Assembly (NCBI GenBank): GCA_958009085.1
Contig: OY253673.1
Location: 310,001 to 374,000, forward strand
Direction of reading: 5' to 3'
DNA length: 64,000 bases
Source: Protoeuglena noctilucae
Taxonomy: Eukaryota
A model generated the notes under the pieces. The model was not told where the DNA came from and did not search any database. It saw only the letters and a list, made by a program, of their open reading frames with translations. Below, in pieces: positions 35,172 through 47,263 of this stretch (position 1 is the stretch's first letter; the number at the start of each line of letters is the position of its first letter). The translations under genes and the position numbers were made by a program.

Positions 35172-38100
35172 ATGAGCGAGTCTCTTGGAATCGCGGACCC
35201 TGTAGAGCTGGATCATGACGCGGGGGTAACGTCCGAGCCGCAAATCCCGGCCTTCCCGCACCAGAGCCTGTCCAAGGTGCGCAGCACGCTGAGGCCCCGC
35301 CCGCGTCCCAGCCCCTCCTCCGCCCCGCCCTCCGTCTCGCGGTCGCTTGTCCTCGATCCACGGAAGCACTGGGTTCGCCTGCAGTTCATCGAGGGTATGG
35401 TCCACCGTCCCGGCGAGGGTTGGACCATTTTCCCTGCTGACCTCCTCCGATGCGTCCGCGGCGCCGCGGTCGTGTACAAGAACTATGCGAGGTGAGATAA
35501 GGAACGCGGGGGCGTCGTCCGCGTAGCCGCCGGGGCGTCTGCGCGCGAGCCTTCTGCCGTCCCTCTCGCTCGCAGCGCGACGGAGGAAGACCGAGCGATG
35601 GTCGACACGCTCGTCAGCTTGGGCCTCCCCGCGGCGTTCCGGGAGGCGTACCAATACGAGCACATGGTCGATTCGAAGGGCGGATGGAGCAAGGACGTCC
35701 GATGCGACATGCTCCGCGTGTGCGTGGAGCTGGGGGCCGTCATCCGGTGAGCGGTTGGCGCCTGGGGGTGCCGCGCGGGATGGCAATGCCTGGGCTGTTG
35801 CGAGACCGCAGCTGCCCGCTTACCCGGTGCAGGGCGGTGCTGGAGGTGCTGGAGGCTGCATACACCGCTGGCGTCCTTTCCGAGGCAGTGGCGGAGGTCG
35901 AGGCACAGGCCAGCAAGGTGACCATCGGTGGACCCCGCCTGTGTGGGTTGTCGCCGTGGCGACCTGCGGCGTGACGGACCGTGCATGGCTGGCTGCGGCA
36001 GCGACGCGCCTCTCGTGCCCGCACCCCGCAGTGGCTCGACGCTGGAATGCATGCCGTGTCCAAAGCTCTCAAGTTCCATTCGCTGCAAGAGGACGTGCCG
36101 CTTCTTGACAGCAAGCTCCTCCGCTCCGTGCACTTCGCGAGCCCTCCCGTCCGAGACGTCTCGCGAAGGTGGGCAGCGCGGCGGTGCGCGGCAGGCATGG
36201 CACTGCGCGATGGCCCGCCCGAGGCGCATCTCTGTCCCGTGCATCGCTTCCCGCAGCAGCTTCGACAGCGCGGGAGAGGAGAGCGCCCCGGTGCAATGCT
36301 GGGAGAACCTCTGCGCTGTCCTCAATGCGTACTTCGAGGTGGGGACCTTTGCGACCATCGGGGTCGTCCTGCGGTACCAGAGGGCGCCCATGCACCTGCG
36401 CGCGGCGGCGCTCAAGCTGGTGAGGCTGGGGCGAGTGCCGGGAGGCCGGTGGGCGTGGGCGCTGGCCCGAAGGCGGGCACGGAGGCGGTCACCTGTCCTG
36501 CGCGCTTCATCGCCGGCCTCGCTCCCTGCGCAGGTGGCGGCGGCGGTGGGGACGGATCTCCTGACGACGCCGGCCCTGTGGAATCTGGCGCAGGAGCTGG
36601 CGGACACGGACGAGCCGCTGGTGATGCAGGTGTCGGCGATGGTGGACCGGGGAGACAGCAACGACTTCTACCAGCTCGTGGCGAGCGCCGTGCGCGACCT
36701 GCATCAGGTGCGGGGCGCAGCCGGCTCGCCGTGCGGCGGGGCTCGGGTGGACGTGCCATGGCCTGTTGGGGCGCATGCACCCGTCCCACCCGTGCGTTAC
36801 GCAGGTGCTGTCGGGGATTCGTGACCCTATCTTCGCGACAGCGGCTGTGGCCAATGTGCAGCGGGCCGTGGTGGGCCCCAACGCAGCCGGAGCCGTGTTC
36901 TGGCGGGCGCTGGCGGCGGCGTGGGAGCTCGAGAGGATGCTGGAGTTCGTGCACGAGGCGACGAAGGCGGCCAACGGCGGGGAGCTGGGAACCCGGGCCG
37001 CCGCAGTCGCCGCGGAGCTGGTGAGGGGCTGAGGGACCATTTGCTAGTAGGCGCGCATTGGACGGACCTGTTTGGGGGGGTTGAGAGGGTTTCAATCCGT
37101 GCATGCATCTTGCTCACTCTGTCCCGCGACTCTGATCCGCAGGTCCGCGACACGGCGTCGTGGATGCAGACCAGCGGGGTGGTGGCTGCCCTGCTGCGCA
37201 CGCACCTGCACCAGGCGCAGTTCGTGGCGGTGCTTAAGCGCATTATGCAGCTGATGACCGATCTGGGTCTCCTGTCCGAAGCGCACCTGGAGGCGCTCTG
37301 GGCCTCCGCGGACCGGGACTTCGCATTCCAGGCCGTGAGAGACAACACGCTGGAGCTGGTCGGGGCACTGGCGCCACGCCTGACGCAGCCCCTCCTGCAC
37401 TTCCTGCTCGACAAGGTTCACCGCAGCGTGTCGCGCGAGGAGGCCGACGTAGCGCCGACGCTCGACCTGCTGGGTGAGACTGAGACCGCGCTGGCTTGGG
37501 ATGGCGTGGCTGATGCTGCGACGGCCGCCCCGATGGCCCGGACGTGCTGGCCACCCCGCGCCCCCCGCAGCGCAACTGGTGTATTCGGACAAGAGCGCCG
37601 CCATGGCCGGGGAGGTCCTGCACCTCCTCTGGTCTGTCGCTTGCATCCCACGACACCTCAGGCGAGTAGTGCCCCACCAGCCCCAGCCAGCCCCAGCCAG
37701 CCCCACTACCCCCGGCCAGCCTTGGCCAGCCCCGGCCCAGCCCGCCGCTCGCTTCCGCAGCCCACCCCGCGACACACCCGCGCCCCCTCCACCGCAGGCT
37801 GATCGTTGCCAGCGGCATCATCAAGCGTACTGTCGTCCACTACCTGGACGCCACCTCGGGCGTCATCCCCGCGCTCCACTCCCTCTTCCAGCAGCTCCGC
37901 GAGGCCACGGACGACCCCGCCGTGGCCGTCCCGGCCCTCCTGCTCCTGCAGCAGCTCCTGTCCCTCTCAGAGCCGCCCAGTGCCATTAGCCAAAAGGACG
38001 CCCTGCTGAGCGCGTTGCTGGGGCAGGGGCAGGCGGGGTCCGGCTCCCACAGCGCCCCCGCCCTCTCCCGCGGCACCCTCGCCGAGCGCGTGCCGTGGCT

Positions 38101-41100
38101 GCTGGGGCCCGCGACCGGGACCGCCGCCCGTGTGACGCTGCCCGGGGACGTGACGGTCGATGAGGTGGTCGGGGCCCTCATCGACGTCTACGTGGCCGTG
38201 GTGGCGCAGTCGGGGGACGCGATGGACGCAAACGAAGCCGAGAGGTGAGAGAAGGGACCGGGGTAGGGGCACGGACACTAACTGGCCCCACCCGTCGACA
38301 CACAGAGTCGACGCAGCAGATGTCAGGCCCCACACGCCGCCCTGCTTCGTCCCGTGCGTCGCAGGATCTCTTCTCCGCTCTTCTCCGCCGCCGACGCCGG
38401 CCTGGTGGACCTGGCATTCCGCCTGGTGCGGCATGCGACGGCCTGGAAGCTGCTCGACAGCGGGGCGCGACAGGCCCTCTTGGACCGCATCGCACGCTCC
38501 GACCTCGCGGCCCTGTCCCGCGCCGACCTCGAGGCGCTCGTGTATTTGATCCACGCCAACTCCTCCGGGCTCATGCTGACGACGGTCGCTGCGCCGACCG
38601 AGGCCGCGCCGTCGCTGCCGTCGGCGGGGGCCGCGACGAGCGATCGCGCGGCGCCCGTCGCCGGCGTCGACACCCTCTCCAGGATCGAGCTGCGGCGCGG
38701 CGCGGGCGCGTGCGACGGCCTCCCGGTGCTGTGGGCTGCGTACGTGGTGGCGGGGGACGATGCGGTGGCGCGTGCGGCCCAGGATCAGTTGATAGGCGCC
38801 TACACGACGCTGAACGGAGAGGAGGCGGCCGGGGAGCGCGCGGGGCACCTGCGCGAGTGGGCGGGCATGTGCGTGGAGCAGCTGCAGGGGCGGTGTGCGG
38901 AGGCGGAGGTGGCGCGGGGGACGCCGGGCGAGGGCGCGCTCTGGCACCGCGTGTGGCGCGTGCTCGACCTGCTCAACCGCGGCCTGCGTGAGCTCGACGC
39001 GGGCGGGGACGCCGCGCAGGGCCGCCTGCCGCACGCCATGGCCTTCAAGGGCCCGCTGATCCGGCTGAAGGGTGAGTGCGAGGGACATGGGCTGGCACTG
39101 AGCGCGACTGGCTACCTGCTGCGCGATGAAGCCTTGCTGTGGCGGCGGAGGAGGTCAGCTGTCGACCATTGCCGCTTGCAACACGGTCTTGACGCTTGGC
39201 GTCAATCATCGTCCTACTTACCGCCCCACGACCTTCCGCACCATTTGCTTCCCTTCGTCGCAGTCATGTACGGGGGCGTAGTGGACCCGGACCAAGGCGC
39301 AGTCCTGCCCAGTCACCTGGACCTCCCCAGCAACGCGCCGCCCTCGCGGGTCAAGGCCCTCATCGCAGAGAGCGCCCAGGTACAGCCGGAGCAGGTCCGG
39401 ATCCTCTTCGGCGGGAGACAGGTCGCCGGGGACACCGAGCCCCTCTCTGCCTCGGGAATTACCAACAAGGTCACCGTGCACGCCGTGCTCAGCTACCCCA
39501 CCTCCGGGACACCCCCGGCCAGTTGGGCCCAGTCGCACGTGCGGGAGTGGGTGGCAGAGACGCCCGAGGGCCGGCGACTGTACGCTCTGCTGTTCCGCAC
39601 CCTCCGCGACCCCCGCTCCCGCGCCTGCCGGCCCGCGGCCGCCCGCACCCTCGACCTATTGTGGACCAACCCCACCGTCGCAAGCGCCGTGCGGGACGCC
39701 CTCGCTGCCCCGGACCCCGTGGGCCGCCTCGGCGCGGTCCTTCGCGCCGGCAACGAGGCAGGTGGCGAGGCGGGTGGCGAGGGTGGGGCGGGTGGCATGC
39801 GTGATGCGAGCGGCGCGACAGACGCCGCCTGGCTCGCCTACGCCGTGGAGACGGTCCGCGCCATCGTGGAGCCGGCCGCGCCTGACGCGAGCGCCGGCGA
39901 GAGGGACAGGGCGACGATGGTCGCCTTTGCGGAGACCGGTGAGCCATGGCCGCTGTTCATCCGCGGCTCACACAGCATCCTGCACTATTCTGTGTCTGCC
40001 AAACTCGCTTTGCGCACTGTGCTTTGTGCATAACGCCCTGCGCGGCTGCCCGCACCGCCCTGCCTCTCTCGAACTTGCTCCCAGTCCCAGCCCGCGCCCA
40101 CCCAAGGCTTGGCCTTCCCTCACCCCGCCTCTCTCTCTCCCCGTCTCCCAGGATGCGCGGCGGAGGTTCTTCGCGTGGCCTCCGAGGCCCTCCGTGCCGC
40201 TTCGGCCCGCGACGACTCGCTGCTGGGCCTGCGGCTGGCGTCCACGTGTGTCGCCCTCCTGGAGTCCCTGGCCCCGGAACTCACCACGCCGAGGAAGGCG
40301 CGCAAGGTGCGTGACGCATGTGCGACGCGGTCTCTCGCTTTGCGAAACCTGACGCTGCGTTTCCACCTGCCACGGAGTCACAATGAGAGGTCCGCAGTTG
40401 AACGGGGACTCCTAGCAAGCGCCCAGCAGCCTCGGCGCTATCAAGTCGCTTAGCTAGCATTTTGACCCACCCGTCCCCAGCTGCAGGTCGCGCCGATCGC
40501 CCCCCCGTCCCCCGCCATCTCCCCCGACGTGGCGCGCCAGGCGTCGATGTTTCTGGCGGACGCGGTGCGGCTGGCCGTGGGGTCCCTCGCGCACCGGCCG
40601 GGCTTGGACGCGCGCGGGAGCGGCCGGGGCGCCGCTGCCGCCGTGGAGCGAGCGCTGTCGGTGGCGGGCGGGGTGGACGGCCCCTCAATGAGCGCGACCA
40701 CCAGCACTGGTCTCGCTGAGCAGGCCCTCTCGGCCCTGCAGCTGGTCCTGGCGGGCAAGAGCGACCTGGTGCTTGAGGTGCTTCAGGGAGACCTCGCCGT
40801 GCCTGTGCTGGTCGGTGAGTGGCTGCGTCGTGCACGTGACGTCGCTCACACTCTGTGAGCGCTTCTGCTTATGTGGCTGCGCACACCTTGCTGCAATACA
40901 ATGTTACAAACATTGTTATGTATAGGATGTGTAATAGTTACCATAACCCATCGATACCTGGTGTAACTCCTCCGCAGCGCCCCTGCTGTCGTCCCACGGG
41001 GGTATCCGCAAGCGGGCCCATGACCTGGGCTGCAGCTTCATGAAGGAGCGGGACGCCAGGGACCAGGTCATGGCGGCGCTCGTGGACGTCCTGCGCAGCG

Positions 41101-44100
41101 CCAGGGAGCTCGTGGACCAGGTGGGGCGACCTGCTGACATACACGCCTCGCACATAGCACGCCCCTCACGCACCACCCCACGCACCTCTCCACCCCACCT
41201 GACCCCGTTCCCACGCCCCGCGCCCTTCCCGTCCCTCGCAGTCCCGCGGGGCTTGCGAGGAGTACTTCAGCATCCTCTCCAAGGCCTTTGTGGACGCGAA
41301 CAGCCTCAACGAGGCGGCCGCAGCGATGATCAAAGACGAGTGCCACCGGTTGGCGCGGGCGACCCCCTGCGAAGACCCCTCGGACCTCCTCGTCGCCTCT
41401 CAGCTCGACTTCGTGGGCAGTCTCGTCAGCCCCGAGGAGGCGAGGGCCGCTGCGGATGCCAATACCCGTGCTTGGCTGTCACTCGTTTGCGATGCGCGGC
41501 GTCTCTCGCGCCGCTCCGCCACGCTCACGCTGGCACAGCAGCACTCCCACCCGACTTCCCGTCCCATGCCACGATCCTTGGATCTTCTTTGTCCCGCAGG
41601 CGGACTACCTGGGCGCCGCGTGGCGCTGGGGCCCTTCCCAGGACAACGTCGGCCTCGTGCGGTTGCTGCTGTTGCGTTTCCTCTTCCCGGAGACGCGGGC
41701 GGGGTCGGCGCAGTTTCTGGCGCGGTTCGGGGGCGCGTCGCACCTGACCGCGCCGCAGATCGAGGCCGTCGTATCCCTCTGCTGCCCCGGGGAGGACCCC
41801 GTGCGGGCGATGGCGGAGCGGACACGGCCGGTGTGCGGCACAGGTGAGAGAGCGAGGGTGGCAGGAGACGGGTGCTGGTGCATGTGATGGATGCATGCGG
41901 CAGCAAGGGATGCGACAGCCGCGTGCTGCACCGGCACTCCTTGCTGCGGCACCACCAGCGCTATGCATAGGTGGCAACCCTCGCACCCCCGCCCCCTCCC
42001 GCAGAGCACAGCCGCGCCTGCGCGCTGGACTGCCTGCGTCAGTTCGTCGTCAGTAGCTCCGACTGCCTGGCCCTGGCGTCCTCGCTGCTCATCGCGTTGC
42101 ACTTCGTCCCGCCGCCCCTCGACGACGCCGCGCTCCGTCTCGCCTGCCCCGAGCACACCCCCCGCGACCCGCCGATCGTGCTGCACGACCCCGACGAGGA
42201 CCCCGTGGCGCTGCGGCAGGCGGGGGCCTACGTGGGCCTGGTCAACGCGGCCGCCACCTGCTACATGAACAGCGTGCTGCAGCAGCTCTTCATGCAGCCC
42301 TCCGTGCGCCGCGGGGTACTGGCCGCCCGCGTGGACCCGGGGCCGGAAGGGGAGGACGGGGACCTCTTCTCGCAGCTGCAGCTGCTGATGGCGCACCTGG
42401 CGGGGGCGGCCGTGGAGACGCACGCGCCCCGGGGTTTCTGGCGAGCATTTAAAGACTACGACGGGGAGCCGATCGATGTGCGGGAGCACCAGGACGCCTT
42501 CGAGTTCCTCACGCGGCTGCTGGACCAGACGGACATGCAGCTGACGCAGGCGCGGCAAACGCCCGTGATGAAGAGCGTGCTGGGGGGCACGTTCGTGCAG
42601 CAGGCGAGTGGATCAGAGACGACAGGCTTCCTGAGCTTGCGGGGCAGTGGGCGTAACCTGCGCTGTGGTGGGTCAAGCATCGTGGGCTTTGTTCCTTGAG
42701 CTCCCACCATCCCGACACCCTCCCTCTTCCCCTCGCACCCCAGGTGGTCAGCCGCGGGTGTTCGTGCGTGAGCGAGACCCACCAGGACTTCCTGAGCGTC
42801 AGCGTGGACGTGGCGGGACATCAGACGCTGGCGGACAGCTTGGACAATTACGTGGAGGGAGAGCTGCTCGAGGGAGAGAACGCGTACCACTGCAGCACGT
42901 GCAACAAGAAGGTGGACGCCCTGCGCCGGACGCTCTTCAAACAGCTGCCCCACGCGCTGTTGGTCCATCTCAAGCGGTTCGATTACGACTTCACCACCAT
43001 GGCCCGGCGCAAGATACGGGGCTACTTCTCCTTCCCGGTCGTCCTCGACCTGTCGCCCTACACCGACGCCTCCGCCAGGGCGCGGGCCCAGGGCGCCGCG
43101 GGGGCCGGGCCGGCGCCGGAGCAGCCGCCGGCGATCTACCGACTGCGGGGGGTGGTGGTGCACTCCGGGACGGCCTTCGCGGGCCACTACTACTCGTTCA
43201 CGCAGGAGCGGCGCCCCGGCGGCGAGGGCCCGTGGTTCTGCTTTGACGACTGCAGCGTGACGCCCTGGGACCCCAGCCGCATGGCCGAGGAGTGTTTCGG
43301 GGGACCGGTGAGCAAGGACGGGCCGGGGGACGGCCTGGACCGGCCCAACAGCGCGTACATGCTGCTGTACGAGCGGCAGGGCGAGGAGGAGCCGCTTGGG
43401 CCGGACGGGCGGCCTCGGGTCACGGCGGGGGCGGGGGCCGAGGCGGGGACGGAGAGGACCTTAGATGCGGAGATGGGGGCGGAGGCGGCGCCTTCGACGC
43501 TGCCGATGGCGGAGACGGTGCAGCGATTGTCGCTGGGCACGCCCAAGCGCGGGGCGGAGGGGCAGGGGCGCGGGGCGGAGGAGGGCGACGGGGGGTGGCG
43601 CGAGGAGGGACCGGAGAGCACGCCGATGAAGCGGCCGCGCACCGCGCCGCCGTCCGCGGAGGGCAGCGCAATGGCGGGCGCGTGGGGCGCGGGGTCCCCC
43701 GGGGGTTGGTCTGACTCTGGCAACGGGGGGCCTGGGGTGGCGGTGCGTCCCGGGCCGTCGCCGCTGGGGCTGACGGGGGCCGCGGGGACCCGGGAGGCGA
43801 CGGCGGGGGGCGCGGAGGAAGCTGAGGCGGGGTTTAGCGAGGCGCTGGTTCCCGGGCGGTGCGGGGGTTGGGACCATGCGGTGGTGCGCGCGTTGCAGGT
43901 GCGGGTGTTGGCGGGCAACGTGGTGGCGCTGCACCGGGCGCACGTGGGGCACCCCAGCTACGGCCAGATGTTCTTCGGGATGGTCGAGGAGTGGCTGAGG
44001 AACGCGGAGACGTCGGCGGCCGAGGGCGGGGAGGGGCTGGAGGGCGACGCGGACCGACTGGCACACCTGGTCTGGCACTACCTCCTGATGAGCCTGCTGC

Positions 44101-47100
44101 GGCAGGCCGTCATCCCCCCCGCGCGCATCGATGCGTGGACCCGGGCCGCGAAGTCCCTCCTGCGCTCCTACCCCCTGCTAGCGGCGGACTGGCTGGCGCT
44201 GTCGGCCACGTCCCGGGCCCCCGCCTGCCGCCCGGAGCGCTGGGCGCGCACCCGGGGCCTCCGCGCGGCCCTCCATGACCTGCGCGGCAACGAGGACACC
44301 GCCCAGGAGGCCCGGGACTTCGTCACGACGTTGACGACCCTGTCGGTGCGAAAAGGGGCGCACGTGGCCAATGCGCTCGCTCAGAGGGGAGACCTGGTCA
44401 GGGAGGGGTCGGTCGCAGCAGAGGCGGTCGATCTAAGCATGGCCGTCCTGGAGGCACGGCTCTGGGAGGTGCAGGATATGATGGGTGAGTGCCTGCTGGG
44501 GGGAGAGCGCACGCACCAACAGAGGTTGTGGCGGTCCGGGGGTCGTGGTTTGGTTTGCATGCAGCTATCCAGCGTTGCGACAATCACGACGCCTTCATTA
44601 CACCCTCCCGTGTTCGCTCTACCCTTGCAGGGAAGTGGGAGGCTCTCTCGAGCGATGCCTTTTTCCGAGTGATGCAAGAGCTGGCCGACTACCTGGTGAG
44701 GACCTTGATTGGCCCGTTGCAGTCAACTCTTGCTTCTGTTGTAGACCTGTCTATTGCCATGCCACGGCACCTGCTCTCTGCCGTAGATCTGTCTGCTGTC
44801 ATGCTCATAGCACCTGCTCCCGCTGCCGCAGAGCGTGCCCGAGACGGCCCGGCTGTTCGTGACCAGCACGTGCCTCATGGCCTTCCTCCACCAGATATAC
44901 CCCGTAATCCGCCTCTGCCCCCCCTTCGGCGGCCAGGATGGCCTGCGGTGAGAGCCCTCTGCCCTTGCTACCGTTCTTGTAACCTCCCTCGCGTCCACCG
45001 CCCATCCACCCAGGCACCCGCACGCTTGCACCCGCTGTGTCGCCCCGGCTGGCTCATTGCCCCTCTATGCTGCTGCATAGTACAGGCCGCCTCTCGCATC
45101 CAAGCCCCTGGGCCATAGCGGCGCCTCCCATGACCATGACTCATACTCGACACCTTAAGGCACTGCCTCACGCCGCCACGTCGGCCCCCACCCGCCCGCA
45201 GCTGGGAGGAAGTCGAGCCATTCTTCAACGTCCTATTCCATGTCCTGGCGCCATCCGACTGGTACGTCCAAGTCGCCAAGGATGCGAGGGCAATTGACCC
45301 AGGTGAATGCTGCTAGCGCAGTTGCTGTCGAGGACACGGGGACACTGGCAGCGCGGCGCCCGGCAGGTCCCTGCGCCCCACGCACGCTGTGTTGGGAAGC
45401 GCAGAGAGCGGGTCAACTTGGGTCTTCTGGAGTCCGATTATCGAGCCCACCCAACGCCTCGCTTGGTTGCCTTCTGCCTTCGACCCACGTCGTCCCCGCC
45501 GCCCCCGCAGACCAGCTCCTGGCCGCCTCCGTCAGTCCCCACGACGAGCACGTGTATGTTCTCTTTGAAGACGTCAAGGGCATGCTCAAGTCGGACACCA
45601 TCCTGGACACCATGGCCATGGCTGCCCTGGTGCGTTTGTTGACAACAACGGCTTTCGCTTTGGCTGAGATGCCCTGGGGATGCTGCCCTGACTCATTTGA
45701 GATGCCCATCGCGCTTGCGTCCCTCAGCCGCGACACGCACTGTTTGACCACTGCCCCCATCGCCCATCGCTGGCCCGCCATGCGTCCGTCTCCCACCGCG
45801 CCTCCCCTGCCCTCCCTCGCAGTACGAGGCGGGCAACTCAGTGGGCCACGCGGGTGAGGCCCTGCGCTGCTCTGTGCACTATTTACCTCCATGCATGGTT
45901 CACCCCGATTCATGCCGTGGCGTCTGCCACACTCACGTCGCGTTCTGCGCCCCATGCCGTGCCCCATGCCATCCACATAGCTGGCTCTCCGTGTTCCCCC
46001 GCAGCGCTGCACCTCATCCACCTCCTCATGTTCGACGACCAGGCCGCCACGCAGCGCACCGTGTACCGGTGGGGTTCCTGGCTGCACCACACGGAGCCAG
46101 TCAACACGGGACACAGCGCCTCGCGACTCGCTCAGGTGCGCGGCTGATGACGGTGGTGGGGCCACACGAGGGCCGGCGGGGTCGGGAGGGCCGGCGGGGT
46201 CGGCAGGGCCCTCGGGACGTGCCAGGGAGGGCGCACAGTGGATGCGAGGGCTCGTTGTGGTGGATGCGACACATCCTTCTGCCCCGCCTGCGCAGATCAT
46301 GGCGGTCCGGGACAACCTCACGAAGGAGAGGGTGGGCCAAGTCATCCAGGGCCCGCAAGCAGGGCGAGTGCTGCGCCCATGGCCCGACCCCAAGACGCGC
46401 CGCAGCACGTTTTGTGGCCCAACGCTGTTCCCAACACGTTCCTCTGCCCGCTCCTGGCTGCACCGCGCCATCTCATTTGGAACACCAAACGCACTGACGG
46501 AGGTCCGCTGTCCCCTTTTGCCCCCGCAGGATCGTCATGCTGCTGGACCTCGCGTCGTCGATGGAAATCCGCAGCGGCCCACGCAGCGGCCCGCGCAAAT
46601 GCCTGGCGATCCTCCGGGTGCTCGTGGAACTGGAGAAGCAGTGCCCCTTCGTGCGCGAGGTGACCGGGCGCCAAGGACACTGCGCACATGCGTTGCGGGC
46701 TGTGTTATGTGGGGCTCACCGGCCAGTCCCCGTGCGCTTTGCAGATACTCCAGGCGCTGCCGGCGCGCGTGCTGGCCAAGCCCGTGTACGTGGTAGCGGA
46801 GCAGTTCCTCTCCAGGGGAACCGGGACCCAGGCCTCACGAGTAAGGGATGCGCACTAACGTGGTCGTTGTGCCTGTGTCGCTTCACTTGCGTCCCCGCCC
46901 ACGCTCGCCTCGCTCGCGCCTCCGCAGCTGCAGGAACTGGCGATGGACACGGAGCGATTCTTTCAGTCGCTTTACCACGAGAGCTCGCAGCAGGTGTGGG
47001 CCAGCGCATGTTGGGGCCAGTGCACGGTTCGCAGGTGCCCCCGGATGCCATCCGCGCAAGCCATCGTGTGTAACGCTTGCGTCGCCCGTTCCTGCAGGTC

Positions 47101-47256
47101 ATGGCGGCGCATGCCATCGCGCTGGCCGCCCAGGCTTTGCAGGAGGGGGCGCAGGGAGAGGAGGCTGCTCAGGAGGGCGACGCCAGCGACGACGCTGCGG
47201 TCGCCAGCGACGAGGCGGAGGTGTCCGAGACCGAGGCGGATCCCGGCGTGGACTAG
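35172..47256 (+). CDS. Large ubiquitin-specific protease of USP9/USP24/USP34 (fat facets) type, >25 exons
   Basis: Cys box YVGLVNAAATCYMNSVLQQLFM; REHQDAFEF; YVEGELLEGENAYHCSTC; HLKRFDYD; His box GVVVHSGTAFAGHYYSF; WFCFDD; SAYMLLYER. Internal ubiquitin-like domain at ~39310-39495, with long helical flanks. Confidence 0.9.
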
Positions 47257-47263
47257 CGACACC

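Noticed and set aside
39310..39495. Ubiquitin-like domain inside the USP
   Set aside because: This is an expected feature of USP9/24/34-type enzymes.
40890..40970. AT-rich intronic patch with small hairpin ACAATGTT-ACA-AACATTGT
   Set aside because: Short, single occurrence, with no terminal repeats or target duplication.
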